A stretch of 64,000 nucleotides of DNA from Nitrosopumilaceae archaeon. GTDB lineage: Archaea; Thermoproteota; Nitrososphaeria; Nitrososphaerales; Nitrosopumilaceae. The notes beneath the pieces are model-generated. The model did no database searches, had not been told where the DNA came from, and saw only the letters and a list, made by a program, of their open reading frames with translations. Positions 10,989-21,789 of the stretch are shown piece after piece. The position numbers and the translations under genes were made by a program. Positions within the stretch are counted from its first letter, which is position 1. Each line of letters opens with the position of its first letter. The DNA is taken from contig OZ242365.1 in the NCBI GenBank assembly GCA_965208905.1, positions 1,472,001 through 1,536,000 of the forward strand, read 5' to 3'.

Positions 10989-11451
10989 AACCAAGGTGCT
11001 TTATTCAATTAAGGCAAAAAATATGGCAATTTGTGTGTGGGCCAGAAAATACATAGGCATGATACATCTATAATATTTGGCACCATTCAAGAATCTGCTA
11101 ACTCAAAGATGGCTATGTATAATCGGTTGACTCTGACAGAATAATTTTAGCGAGTTTTTTATTTGTGTCGTCAGAAGCTAATCTGGCAAGGAGGACAAAG
11201 ATTCATACTTTGAGCCCAAGAAAAACTACACCGGTAAGGGGATCAGCATCTGGAGTAGGATAGCCAGATTGTGAAAAAGAGCATCTAGGCCGATTATACA
11301 AAGTCTACAAAGCCCGTACCACGATAGAGGTTCTTGTGGTACGGCGGCAACAAACCAACGCTGTATAGGCCGCTATACAAGGCGCCAAGAAAAGACACAA
11401 GTAATGTTTACTTATGTATATAATTCCCTAATGTATGGATAGACATGTGTA

Positions 11452-12201
11452 ATGCCCATACGACTAGCCCAGATACATGAGTGGAACAAGGTACAAGACT
11501 TTTGTACCAATACATTTCAGTGGGGCGATTACATTGAAGATGTATGGGACTCGTGGGTAAAGTCAAAGAGTCTGCTAGTATACGAGGATAACGACACAAT
11601 TTTAGGAATATGTAACGTTGTCACACATAACACCGAAGCTTGGATAGAGGGTCTACGTGTAGATGTAGCGGCGCGTCGTCGCCACATAGGTAAATCACTG
11701 CTACGCGCCGCCGAAGAGGCCGCCATACAGCAGGGCGCCACATACAGTAGGTCCGCCATCGAAAGTAGCAATATGCCATCACTGCAGATGTGCTATATGG
11801 CTGGATACAAAACAGAGCAAAAGTGGTACATGTATAGATGCGATGCGCAACCACATGCTACATACGGTATAATCAAACCTGTACCAAAACATATGCAACC
11901 GAACAGATACGTCAATTCGTGGATTTGGGTAAATACTAACAATATATCGCCAGATCATATATTACATATGCCAGATGGGCCTGTCTTTGTACTGTCCGAC
12001 TCAGATAGGTTCCCAAACACACTCATGGTCACCATATACAACAATGCCAAACATGATATCAATGATACAATACACTACATATCCAACCTTGCATACAACA
12101 AAAACCAATCCATACAGATATTCTCCACTGATATAATACGCCACAAAGCATTACATGACCACAACTCTACAATAACGGTAGTTCTAAAGCAGATTTCGTA
12201 A
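11452..12201 (+). CDS. GNAT-family N-acetyltransferase
   Basis: WIEGLRVDVAARRRHIGKSLL acetyl-CoA-binding motif A; SNMPS. Confidence 0.88.
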   Translation: MPIRLAQIHEWNKVQDFCTNTFQWGDYIEDVWDSWVKSKSLLVYEDNDTILGICNVVTHNTEAWIEGLRVDVAARRRHIGKSLLRAAEEAAIQQGATYSRSAIESSNMPSLQMCYMAGYKTEQKWYMYRCDAQPHATYGIIKPVPKHMQPNRYVNSWIWVNTNNISPDHILHMPDGPVFVLSDSDRFPNTLMVTIYNNAKHDINDTIHYISNLAYNKNQSIQIFSTDIIRHKALHDHNSTITVVLKQIS

Positions 12202-12236
12202 AAACGGTTTTACAATAGCTATTTAGATACATATAT

Positions 12237-14078
12237 GTGTCCACCGAACAGGCCAAAGCCGCCGAATACATACAAAGAAAATCTGTCACAACCTGCATGA
12301 AGCGCAATGTACTGCAGATGAGTAAAGATACATCCACACGAGTGGCAGCAGACAGACTTCGAGAACACGAGCTGGACGAAATTCTTGTGGTCGAAGATGA
12401 AAAATGTATAGGCATAGTTACCGACAAGGACATTCTAAGCAAGGTCAGTGATGTCAATGTGGATGCCGAAAGTACCACACTCGAAGACATAATGGTCACG
12501 CCTGTGATATCCATACGCAAAAAGGAGAATCTGCACAAGGCATTAGAGATAATGAAAGATACACACCACAACAAGCTTCCAGTAACAGACAGGCGCGGAC
12601 GGGCACTAGGCATAATACACCGGCGCGAGATATTAGACAGGGTCCAGTGGGCGGCAAGTCAGGCCACGCCAAGATTGATGAGTCCACCCGCCAAGGCCAT
12701 ACTGGGAAATTTGGGATTTGTACTGCAGTTTGCTGGCGTTCTACTACTGTTACCAGCACTAGTATCAACATTCATGGGCGATACGGTTACTGCAACAGGA
12801 ATATACCTAAGCTTGGTACTTCTCTTGGTGGTGGGGTTCTTTTTGAACTCGTACGGGGAGAAGGCCAGAATGAATATGCGTCAGGCCTCTGTAGTTGTAC
12901 TGTCCAGTCTGTTTATGCTATCACTGTTTGGAACCATACCGTATCTATATCTGCCATCAGATATACAGCTAAACGGCACAGATGAGATAACCGTAGATAC
13001 CTTTGCTAGTGCATTCTTCTCTAGCGCGGCCGGGTTTACCACCGGTGGCATATCCCTATACGACACACCCGAAGACCTACCTCAAAGTTTTACGTTTTAT
13101 AGAAGTTATACTCAGATGATTGGCGGCATGAGTTTCATATATTTGGTCATTACCGCGTTTTATCCCAACAGCAAGCTAGCAAGCATGCGCAGCTTTATCA
13201 CCGGCAAGGGCTTGCACATGCGAGAACTATTTGGAACTATTACAATAATATTCACACTGTATGTCACGGTTATCGCACTACTACTATACCTGATGGGCGA
13301 TGACAACATAATAGACGACTTTTCATTGGCCATGAGTACATTGGCCACTGGTGGTTTTGTGCCGCACTCTGAGATTGTTCAAAACATGGAGTGGCCCAAA
13401 CAGATGGTGCTTATGAGCGCCATGATTCTGGGAACGTTGCCCTTTGCCTTACACTATGGGATGGTGAGCAAGAGGGGCAGATTGCCAGTTATTGGCCGGG
13501 AGGTATCTGTATACTTTGCAATGCTTGCTATTGCCATTATCATATTTGCATGGGTTGGCGGTACAGACATACTGAATAGCGCATTTTATGCCATATCTGC
13601 TAGTACGACTGCAGGCGTTCAACCATCCTCACTGGCAGATTTGGCCATACCAGGGCAGTACATACTGATAGTTCTTATGCTGATAGGTGGGTGCGGCTTC
13701 TCCACTGCCGGCGGCATCAAGATGTTTAGACTATTCTATTTGGTTAATGCGTTCAAGATGATACTCCCCAAGAGTCGCAGTAAAGTCAGCGCCGAGTCCC
13801 GACGGGACATACGGGCTGCCCTTATAGTGATTTCAGCATTCCCGATTATAGCTTTTTTGTGTGGTGCATATCTTGTAGAGTTTGAGGGTGCCGACCCTGA
13901 CTTGGCATTCTTTGATGCTGTGGGAATCATTACTACAGGCGGACTGTCCACAGGTGTAATAGACTTTGAGACATCTGCGCACACCAAAATTTTATTATCC
14001 ATGTTGATGATATTTGGTCGTCTAGAGATAATAGCTCTGGTATATGTAATAGCGCCTCGTATAATAGGTAGGAATTAA
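12237..14078 (+). CDS. trkH: TrkH-family potassium uptake membrane protein with N-terminal CBS pair
   Basis: CBS motifs (GIVTDKDIL, LPVTD..G..LGII); four pore motifs FTTGG, LATGG, STTAG, ITTGG; GGCGFSTAGGIK; FGRLEI. Confidence 0.88.
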   Translation: MSTEQAKAAEYIQRKSVTTCMKRNVLQMSKDTSTRVAADRLREHELDEILVVEDEKCIGIVTDKDILSKVSDVNVDAESTTLEDIMVTPVISIRKKENLHKALEIMKDTHHNKLPVTDRRGRALGIIHRREILDRVQWAASQATPRLMSPPAKAILGNLGFVLQFAGVLLLLPALVSTFMGDTVTATGIYLSLVLLLVVGFFLNSYGEKARMNMRQASVVVLSSLFMLSLFGTIPYLYLPSDIQLNGTDEITVDTFASAFFSSAAGFTTGGISLYDTPEDLPQSFTFYRSYTQMIGGMSFIYLVITAFYPNSKLASMRSFITGKGLHMRELFGTITIIFTLYVTVIALLLYLMGDDNIIDDFSLAMSTLATGGFVPHSEIVQNMEWPKQMVLMSAMILGTLPFALHYGMVSKRGRLPVIGREVSVYFAMLAIAIIIFAWVGGTDILNSAFYAISASTTAGVQPSSLADLAIPGQYILIVLMLIGGCGFSTAGGIKMFRLFYLVNAFKMILPKSRSKVSAESRRDIRAALIVISAFPIIAFLCGAYLVEFEGADPDLAFFDAVGIITTGGLSTGVIDFETSAHTKILLSMLMIFGRLEIIALVYVIAPRIIGRN

Positions 14079-14099
14079 TCTAGCATATTACATCTAAAT

Positions 14100-14888
14100 A
14101 TGATGTATAGCGCACGACGGGGGCGCATGTTGGTCATAACCGGCATAATACTGATTGCCGTCCTGTTTGTATGGTATTATAGGTATCAGGATCCGGAATC
14201 CTTGACGCCTCAGGCCATATCTACAATACATTGGCTGGCACAGATGTTCTATGTCTTACTGGTGGCATGTTTTGGTATGATATCTTGGGGTCTGTACATG
14301 TATCATCGTGCCAACATATCTGGTGACGGTCTATTATCTGTCATATCCACACATATAGACAATAAAAGGTCACAGACAGTATTTGTTATTGTTATAGTTA
14401 CGTATGGTGTATTCTTTTCACTGGTATCGGGCACGCTGGTATATCAGCCTACAGTAAACTTTGTAGAACATTATGGTGTGCAAGTACCATCGATACTGGT
14501 ATCGCCCTGTTGTGGGGATATGGGATATATGCCCACCATACTTGTGTATATAACCGAACATGTGGGGCTACAGATAATACCGCTAAATTTGGTACTACAG
14601 GCTACTGTCTCGTATTTGGTGGCGCTAAATGTAGCACTGGCCGTATCGGCATATACGGCATCCCGCAAGGCCAAAGGTGCCGGGATGGTGGGGGCCGTCA
14701 CGGGTCTGTTTGTAGCATGCCCCACATGTGTGGGAACACTCTCATCTGTATTCATAGGAACTGCCAGCGGCATTGCGCTCTCTGCCACGCTGTCGTATCT
14801 GCAGACAGCTTTTATTGCAGTATCCATACCGGTACTGCTGATTACTCCGTTTGTACTGGTCCGTCAAATCAGGCGATGTCGAATCTGA
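14100..14888 (+). CDS. Multi-pass membrane protein with PCC and CPTC motifs (unknown function)
   Basis: Several hydrophobic helices; ACPTC motif; directly follows trkH. Confidence 0.7.
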   Translation: MMYSARRGRMLVITGIILIAVLFVWYYRYQDPESLTPQAISTIHWLAQMFYVLLVACFGMISWGLYMYHRANISGDGLLSVISTHIDNKRSQTVFVIVIVTYGVFFSLVSGTLVYQPTVNFVEHYGVQVPSILVSPCCGDMGYMPTILVYITEHVGLQIIPLNLVLQATVSYLVALNVALAVSAYTASRKAKGAGMVGAVTGLFVACPTCVGTLSSVFIGTASGIALSATLSYLQTAFIAVSIPVLLITPFVLVRQIRRCRI

Positions 14889-15118
14889 GGCGTAGTGTTA
14901 TTGCCAATGTCGTATCCTTCCTGTTTTAGGTATTTCATGGCTAGTTTGTACACTACAGCATCATGTTCGGATATAGCTAGCGCATCGTTCCATGATATGT
15001 GGCCGTCTTTATCTATCTGTGATTTTATTTTGGGCAGTATGGAGCGGGCAATCTTGCGACAGTCATCAAATGTTCTGCCATCTTTGTAGGCGGTAACTCG
15101 TATATCACATTGCTCCAT
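14864..15118 (-). CDS. Hypothetical protein (84 aa)
   Basis: Protein-like composition; TATA-like sequence upstream; convergent with the previous gene. Confidence 0.6.
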   Translation of the reverse strand: MEQCDIRVTAYKDGRTFDDCRKIARSILPKIKSQIDKDGHISWNDALAISEHDAVVYKLAMKYLKQEGYDIGNNTTPQIRHRLI

Positions 15119-15377
15119 ATGGATAATCTTCTTTTATATCATATATGAAGATTAGTAGTAAGGTTTTGGAAATTATCTCTAGAATGTATACTGCCTGTCA
15201 AAATAAAGTCAATTATGCATGGGAATACTGAACCGACTGTATGTGTGGAAATTTCGTATTTTGTTTGCGTACCAGAATTACCATTGTGTCATATGTCAAT
15301 TGATGAGTGTAGTGCTTTTCACACATTAAATGATCAGTTTAGATAAGTGTATAATATTTCAGTTACATTCAGGCTAT

Positions 15378-16652
15378 AGCTGTTATACATAACGCGCAAC
15401 ATAAATATTAAAAAATTGAAAAAAATGGACTATTATTTAATGTCACAACCCGCGTTGGGTACACTGTTATAGTCAAGCTGAATTATAAGCGAGGTACCAG
15501 GGAATGTTCCGCTAATCTTTACATCATGACCACTGACTGTCAGAGGCAGAGTCTTGGGACTGTTATCATCCTCTGTTAGTTCCCAGTCATCGCCAAACGT
15601 GTACGTCACATCTGCGGTATCATCATTGTTTCCGTCTAGTATGGTCAAACCTAAAGTACCAAAGTTTGCTAGGTTGTCATCATCACCACTTGCTCCGATT
15701 ATATCGGTTATCGTCAATGGGTTTCCACCACAGTCTAGGGTGTCCTCGTACGTCTTTAGTATGCCATCACCAGATATGCTTGCACCAAATGTCCTGCTGT
15801 ATGGTGTGTCTGCACCTACGGCACTTGCTGCACCACCAATACTGATTGAACACGTAGTATCACTATATGCATTCCAGTTTACCATTACTGTGTATAACTC
15901 GATCTCTTCGTTCTCATCAGTCCTTGGGTTGTCCTTTGTAGCATTAAGAATTAAGGCATCTCTAGTAGTAGCGTCAGTAATATCAGTACCGAAGTTAGCA
16001 CCAGCAGGGTTAGTATGAAGCTTACCAAAGGTGGCTCCTGTAGTGTTACCAAACGTACCATCATACAGTCTGGTCTCAAACTGTAGACCCATGCCAGCTG
16101 TAAGTTTTCTATTATCAAATGTCTCAGGTCTGTCATATTCAACATAATTATCAATATCACTGCCGTCACCAATCACAAAGTTGTTGTTGTATAATGTTCT
16201 GCCATCTACAGTTATGTAGTTTATTTGAGAATATCCACGTAGTGTATTGGCACCAGTAGCATCATCAGAAATACTTGCGGAGAACTCTCGAGACAGATAC
16301 TGTACGTTACCAGCAGTACTGGCATCATCAGTAGCAGTTCGGATACTAGGATTGGAATGTATCATATCTGCCGTATCCAAGAATACATCACTACTACATG
16401 TGAATGCCATGTCTAGTTCATAACGATCAAAGCCAGATACGGTAGTCTTCTTGCCGTGTTGCTTGTAATCATAGTTGGTTATAGTTTTGGTTGTCGTGCC
16501 CTCAAAGAATCCAGATATGGTCTGTGTTGTCTGTGAGCTGCTAGTGGTATTTCTGATAACGCCTAACTCTGCACTTATGGCCTCAAGTTGATCATTTATT
16601 GTCGCCATGTTCAGTGCAATGCCAGCCACCCTTTCAGATAGTATCTGCAGGG
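15378..16652 (-). repeat. Arm 1 of a ~1.27-kb inverted repeat (partner 18927-20202)
   Basis: Reverse complement matches 18927-20202 from CCCTGCAGATACTATCTG through the terminator. Confidence 0.95.
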
Positions 16653-17085
16653 ATGTGCTGTCAACGCTACTACTCTGACCACTCACTATGCTAGTCTCAA
16701 TAGCCATCAGTCTATCCTCTATGCTGGTTATCTTGTTGTTTATCGCACCAATACTTGCTGCAACAGCATCAAATCCAGTTATTGATGATTTGATTTGAGT
16801 TACATCAGTAGAAATGGTAGCAACGCTACTCTTTACTTCATCAACAGAAGAACCCACAGATGTCAGTGTTGACTCAATGCCAGATATACTGGCAGATAGG
16901 GCCTCTACAGCATCAGACAGGCTAGATACCATATCATTTATGGCATCAACTACAGTCATTATAGCAGAAGTATTATCATCTATTTTTTCAATACGTTGTG
17001 TATTTGATTGTGCATATGCGTCTATTGTCATGGCTCCTGTTACCACTAATAGTGACAACAAGAGTGCATGTATTTTTATTTCCAT
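15433..17085 (-). CDS. Secreted/surface protein with signal peptide, coiled-coil stalk and T/D/G-rich beta-type C-terminal region
   Basis: MEIKIHALLLSLLVVTGAMTIDAYA signal peptide; heptad region; T-rich terminator after the stop. Confidence 0.85.
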   Translation of the reverse strand: MEIKIHALLLSLLVVTGAMTIDAYAQSNTQRIEKIDDNTSAIMTVVDAINDMVSSLSDAVEALSASISGIESTLTSVGSSVDEVKSSVATISTDVTQIKSSITGFDAVAASIGAINNKITSIEDRLMAIETSIVSGQSSSVDSTSLQILSERVAGIALNMATINDQLEAISAELGVIRNTTSSSQTTQTISGFFEGTTTKTITNYDYKQHGKKTTVSGFDRYELDMAFTCSSDVFLDTADMIHSNPSIRTATDDASTAGNVQYLSREFSASISDDATGANTLRGYSQINYITVDGRTLYNNNFVIGDGSDIDNYVEYDRPETFDNRKLTAGMGLQFETRLYDGTFGNTTGATFGKLHTNPAGANFGTDITDATTRDALILNATKDNPRTDENEEIELYTVMVNWNAYSDTTCSISIGGAASAVGADTPYSRTFGASISGDGILKTYEDTLDCGGNPLTITDIIGASGDDDNLANFGTLGLTILDGNNDDTADVTYTFGDDWELTEDDNSPKTLPLTVSGHDVKISGTFPGTSLIIQLDYNSVPNAGCDIK

Positions 17086-17131
17086 TACAGTGACTTTGAT
17101 TATTAGTATTTAAGGGCAAAGTACAATTTAT

Positions 17132-17599
17132 TTAACCACAGCTCAATATTTTATTACCATTCTCATCCATTATACCATCCCGTATTTTAGTAGTAGATAT
17201 GCGAGTGCCGTCTGAACCAGATACCATGGGCACTATTACAACATCCACGGCAGCTAATCCGCGCCTAGTACGCATATCATTTAATACATCACCCATGTGG
17301 GCGGTCTCCTCACTACACACCAAGACATGCACAGATGGTTCCAGTACGGAAGGGCCAAAATCATCATCCAGACGTGATATAACATATGTAGCAGTGGGGA
17401 ACTTGTCCCGTATAAAGCAGGTCAAATTATGTAGCCGTGTGTCATAGTTATTTACAACATGCTTGTCTCGCCGTATAACAAACTCATCACTACACAGGCC
17501 GATTATGGTACTATCATACTGTAACGCCACCGAAAGTAATGCCTCGTGGCCTTTGTGTATAATATCAAATGTACCACCAGTAGCAGCTATAAAAGACAT
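17132..17599 (-). CDS. coaD: Archaeal phosphopantetheine adenylyltransferase
   Basis: GGTFDIIHKGH, DDFGP, VCSEET, RISTTKIR motifs. Confidence 0.9.
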   Translation of the reverse strand: MSFIAATGGTFDIIHKGHEALLSVALQYDSTIIGLCSDEFVIRRDKHVVNNYDTRLHNLTCFIRDKFPTATYVISRLDDDFGPSVLEPSVHVLVCSEETAHMGDVLNDMRTRRGLAAVDVVIVPMVSGSDGTRISTTKIRDGIMDENGNKILSCG

Positions 17600-17603
17600 G
17601 TAA

Positions 17604-18626
17604 TCATTCCACAGTAAATAGTACGATAGGGCCGGGTACGGATATGGGCGTATTCAGATTGTTTCGTAGAAACACCTCCATTATATAATCTCCCACATAT
17701 GATGGGCTCCAGGGTACGGATATCTCGGTAATAGGTAATTGTACCTGCGTGCTCTCTGAGAATACAATTGCTGAACCAACCTTTGGTTTTATCTGTAGAT
17801 ATAACCAGTGAGTATTATTAGCATCTAGATGTAGACCGGTGCCCAGAGTTACGTTTTGATATACATCCAACAATACAGTACGCGTATCATTATCGTCTTT
17901 GATCCACACATCTGTAATATAAGATGCCAAATCTGGGGGAGAAGCAACATTAAAGATTCGTTTCTGTACGCTCATAGAACTAAAGACATCTGACTCGGCA
18001 TATATGGCAACACTTCTAGCATTATATGGTATGTTTCCATATACGTTGGTAAATAATGTGCCATCCATTCCCATATCCCCTAAAACATGCGTGTCAGTGC
18101 GCAACACCCGAGGAGGCTCAAAGACATCCCTGTACGTCACATGTATGGTAACGTTGCTGTGGGGGGAGTGGGCCACATCCGATATGGTTACATTTCCAGT
18201 TACAGGGTTCATATCAATATGTATGCCCAATGGCTTTGGGTTCGCCTGCTCAAACATCAATATACTTGGTATGGCATCTGCAATACGAATGCCCGGTTCC
18301 GGCGACTGTACAGAGAATGGGGATGATGATTTTGGAGGTATTACTTGTAGTGATGGTGATGATATTACACGGTATAGTGGCGTGTTACTTGTATCATCAT
18401 AGAACTTTACTAGTAATACTACATTTCCCACGTATGATAACTCAGACTCATTGTATATCATACCGGTTACTATGGTGTAACCATTTACATCCGTATACTG
18501 GTATGTGGGGCTTGCCATCTGAACCACCAATGTACTTGGCGTGTCATATGTCTGCGCATGTATCGATACAGGCACCAACAATATCATGGACAAAAGTACA
18601 CCGCACAAAATACATGACACTCGCAT
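17604..18626 (-). CDS. Secreted FxLYD-like domain protein (start placed at MRVSCIL)
   Basis: Signal peptide; IVTGMIYN...VKFYD...IPPKSSSPFSV. Confidence 0.65.
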   Translation of the reverse strand: MRVSCILCGVLLSMILLVPVSIHAQTYDTPSTLVVQMASPTYQYTDVNGYTIVTGMIYNESELSYVGNVVLLVKFYDDTSNTPLYRVISSPSLQVIPPKSSSPFSVQSPEPGIRIADAIPSILMFEQANPKPLGIHIDMNPVTGNVTISDVAHSPHSNVTIHVTYRDVFEPPRVLRTDTHVLGDMGMDGTLFTNVYGNIPYNARSVAIYAESDVFSSMSVQKRIFNVASPPDLASYITDVWIKDDNDTRTVLLDVYQNVTLGTGLHLDANNTHWLYLQIKPKVGSAIVFSESTQVQLPITEISVPWSPSYVGDYIMEVFLRNNLNTPISVPGPIVLFTVE

Positions 18627-18926
18627 GTCATTATATGTGACGCAATTCAATAATATAGTTATTGGCCAATATGCCTCTTGGGTATCCATGATGACGTAGG
18701 CGGAGATATCATGAAGCCGGAGTTGTTATGGCAATTCTGGGCGCAGTAACAGATCCTCTTGTAGATACGTGGGGAGTCGCTCAGGCGGCGTACCATTCCA
18801 GCGGGAAGCACCCACGCCACCTGGCGTATCCATCTGGTAGAACCAGATCTGATCTCCCTCCGAACTGGCATATATCTGCAGACCCGACCGCTTTGAAACC
18901 TAAAAAGTCCCTAGTTGGGGTCAGAA

Positions 18927-20152
18927 CCCTGCAGATACTATCTGAAAGGGTGGCTGGCATTGCACTGAACATGGCGACAATAAATGATCAACTTGAGGCC
19001 ATAAGTGCAGAGTTAGGCGTTATCAGAAATACCACTAGCAGTTCACAGACAACACAGACTGCAACTGGATTCTTTGAGGGCACTACAGAGAAAACTATCA
19101 CCAACTATGATTACAAGCAACACGGCAAGAAGACTTCCGTATCTGGCTTTGATCGTTATGAACTAGACATGACATTCTCATGTAGTAGTGATGTATTCTT
19201 GGATACGGCAGATATGATACATTCCAATCCTAGTATCCGAACTGCTACTGATGATGCCAGTACTGCTGGTAACGTACAGTATCTGTCTCGACAGTTCTCC
19301 GCAAGTATTTCTGATGATGCTACTGGTGCCAATACACTACGTGGATATTCTCAAATAAACTACATAACTGTAGATGGCAGAACATTATACAACAACAACT
19401 TTGTGATTGGTGACGGCAGTGATATTGATAATTATGTTGAATATGACAGACCTGAGACATTTGATAATAGAAAACTTACAGCTGGTGCTGGACTAAAGTT
19501 TGAAACTAGACTATATGATGGTGAGTTTGGCAACACTACAGGAGCCACCTTTGGTAAGCTTCATACTAACCCTGCTGGTGCTATTTTCGGTACTGCGATT
19601 CCGAGTGCAGATCCTAGTGAATATGAGTACTTAATTAAAAATGCTACAAAGGACAACCCAAAGACTCCTACGAACGAAGAGATTGAACTATACACAGTAA
19701 CGGTAAACTGGAGTTCATTTAATGCTGCTACATGTTCAATCAGTATTGGCGGTGCAGCAAGTGCCGTAGGTGCAGACACACCATACAGCAGGACATTTGG
19801 CGCAAGCATATCTGGTGATGGCATACTAAAGACGTACGAGGACACCCTAGACTGTGGCGGAAATCCATTTACGATAACCGATATAATCGGTGCAAGTGGT
19901 GATGATGACAACCTAGCAAACTTTGGTACTTTAGGTTTGACCATACTAGACGGAAACAATGATGATACCGCAGATGTTGCGTACACGTTTGGCGATGACT
20001 GGGAACTAACAGAGGATGATAACAGTCCCAAGACTCTGCCTCTGACAGTCAGTGGTCATGATGTAAAGATTAGCGGAACATTCCCAGGAAGCTCGCTTAT
20101 AATTCAGCTTGATTATAACAGCGTACCCAACGCGGGTTGTACGATTAAATAA
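18927..20152 (+). pseudogene. Headless variant cassette of the 15433-17085 surface protein (arm 2 of the inverted repeat)
   Basis: Homology starts abruptly at LQILSERVAG with no signal peptide; the frame is intact to the stop; variable blocks differ from copy 1. Confidence 0.85.
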
Positions 20153-20193
20153 TAGTCCATTTTTTTCAATTTTTTAATATTTATGCTGCGCAT

Positions 20194-20583
20194 TATAACA
20201 GCGTGTATAAGCTTCTGTACAGGTTATAGAAATAGTTCATCCCCCAACATCATGAGAGTTATCGATATGAAAACCATGTTAGGTTGTTACACTGTATTAC
20301 GTTGATGGTATTTCTTTCTAAGATATGTGATAAAACATATTGTATAATATTACACGATCTTTATAGCACGCCGATTGGAAAAGTCAAAAATTTGTTTCCT
20401 GTACTATATAATATGGCATATGCCAAATTGTTACAACAGGTCCGTAGTTCCGAAAAGTCAGGACGCGTTGCATGCAGATTAGGCATGTTGCTAGTGTTAC
20501 TCAATATGAAGAGTGTCTTTACAACAACGGTCATCACGCCTAGGCGATTTTCAATTGTGTAGGAACTTTTGCGTGCCGCCATA
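20194..20583 (+). mobile_element. MITE-like internal-deletion derivative of the IS630 element at 40564-42096
   Basis: 20194-~20537 matches 40564-~40905, and the tail CCTAGGCGATTTTCAATTGTG.AGGAACTTTTGCGTGCCGC matches ~42052-42092. Confidence 0.85.
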
Positions 20584-20635
20584 GAGGCATATCTACTGAA
20601 TTTAATTATATACAATTCACACATAACATATACGA

Positions 20636-21781
20636 ATGTCATATTTTGTTGCGGTAGCCGTCCTGTGTATGGGGTTTGGTGTTTGGAGTGCGTATGGTGA
20701 GTTAAGCCTAGAGCCGGTACTGACTGATCTGGATACTCCCTGGGATGTGGCGTTTGGTGATGAATGGATGTATGTGACCACCCGGCCCGGTATACTGTAT
20801 GGCGTACATGAGGGAGAGGTCACACCACTGTTGCATATGCGTGTGAGTGGTGGTGAGGGAGGAATGCTAGGAGTTGCCACACATGAGGGAATGATATATG
20901 TGTATTATACTGATATAAACAATGGAAATCGTGTGTCTCGATATACGCATACTGAAGATGGTCTCAAGCACGACATAGATATCATACAGGACATACCATC
21001 TGCGGCAATTCACAATGGCGGCCGCATACGGTTTGGCCCAGACGCGATGCTTTATGTGACTACCGGAGATGCTGGGAATCCCAACCACTCACAGGATGTA
21101 AACTCATTGGCTGGCAAGATACTTCGACTCAATCCTGATGGAACCATACCTGCCGACAATCCTGTACCGGGAAGTCCCGTATATGCATATGGTCTGCGCA
21201 ATCCACAGGGAATAACATGGGATGCCAACAACACAATGTATGTTACGGATCATGGTCCTTCGGGACTCTTTGAGAATGCGCATGATGAAATAAACCAAAT
21301 AATACCGTATGGTAACTACGGCTGGCCGGATTCTGTAGGTGACCGCGTTACGTCTGGAACAATAGCCCCTCTGATACACTCAGGTGCGGTAACCTGGGCG
21401 CCGTCTGGCTTGGAGTTTATCAACGGTTCTGGTATATTGGAGTGGGAGGGGATGCTGCTGTATGGTGCCCTGCGCGGAGCGCATTTGGGCACAGTAAATA
21501 TAGATGGTTCTGGCCACGCCACATATCTAGATGGTGAGATTGGTCGGATACGTGCCCCCATACAGCATCCCAACGGAACCGTATACGTGATAACCAGCAA
21601 TACTGATGGGCGCGGGTTGCCTTATGAGGATCACGACATGCTGTTGCGCGTGACCCGTGACATGTCTATACCCGACAAATACGAATACCTAGCCGATATT
21701 CTGTGGAGTATGTACCGTGATGGACACCTGACCGTGCAACAACTGCATGTGGCACTCGGGTATGTATCTTCGCTCAGTTAG
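20636..21781 (+). CDS. PQQ-dependent glucose/sorbosone dehydrogenase-family beta-propeller protein, secreted
   Basis: GEGGMLG, HNGGRIRFGPD, LYVTTGD, AGKILR, YAYGLRNPQG, HDEIN, NYGWP. Confidence 0.92.
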   Translation: MSYFVAVAVLCMGFGVWSAYGELSLEPVLTDLDTPWDVAFGDEWMYVTTRPGILYGVHEGEVTPLLHMRVSGGEGGMLGVATHEGMIYVYYTDINNGNRVSRYTHTEDGLKHDIDIIQDIPSAAIHNGGRIRFGPDAMLYVTTGDAGNPNHSQDVNSLAGKILRLNPDGTIPADNPVPGSPVYAYGLRNPQGITWDANNTMYVTDHGPSGLFENAHDEINQIIPYGNYGWPDSVGDRVTSGTIAPLIHSGAVTWAPSGLEFINGSGILEWEGMLLYGALRGAHLGTVNIDGSGHATYLDGEIGRIRAPIQHPNGTVYVITSNTDGRGLPYEDHDMLLRVTRDMSIPDKYEYLADILWSMYRDGHLTVQQLHVALGYVSSLS

Positions 21782-21789
21782 GTATAGCG

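Noticed and set aside
11180-11400. Possible decayed transposase (YKARTTIE resembles the Y..R..IE motif)
   Set aside because: One short motif with no IRs or other DDE motifs; too weak to call
12237-14078. CBS-TrkH fusion as a novelty
   Set aside because: It fits an ordinary regulated K+ transporter; I recall similar fusions in thaumarchaeal genomes, so it is not flagged
18728-18926. N-terminus of the 474-aa ORF as a genuine alternative head
   Set aside because: No signal peptide, unrelated GC-rich sequence and an abrupt junction; probably a chance open frame
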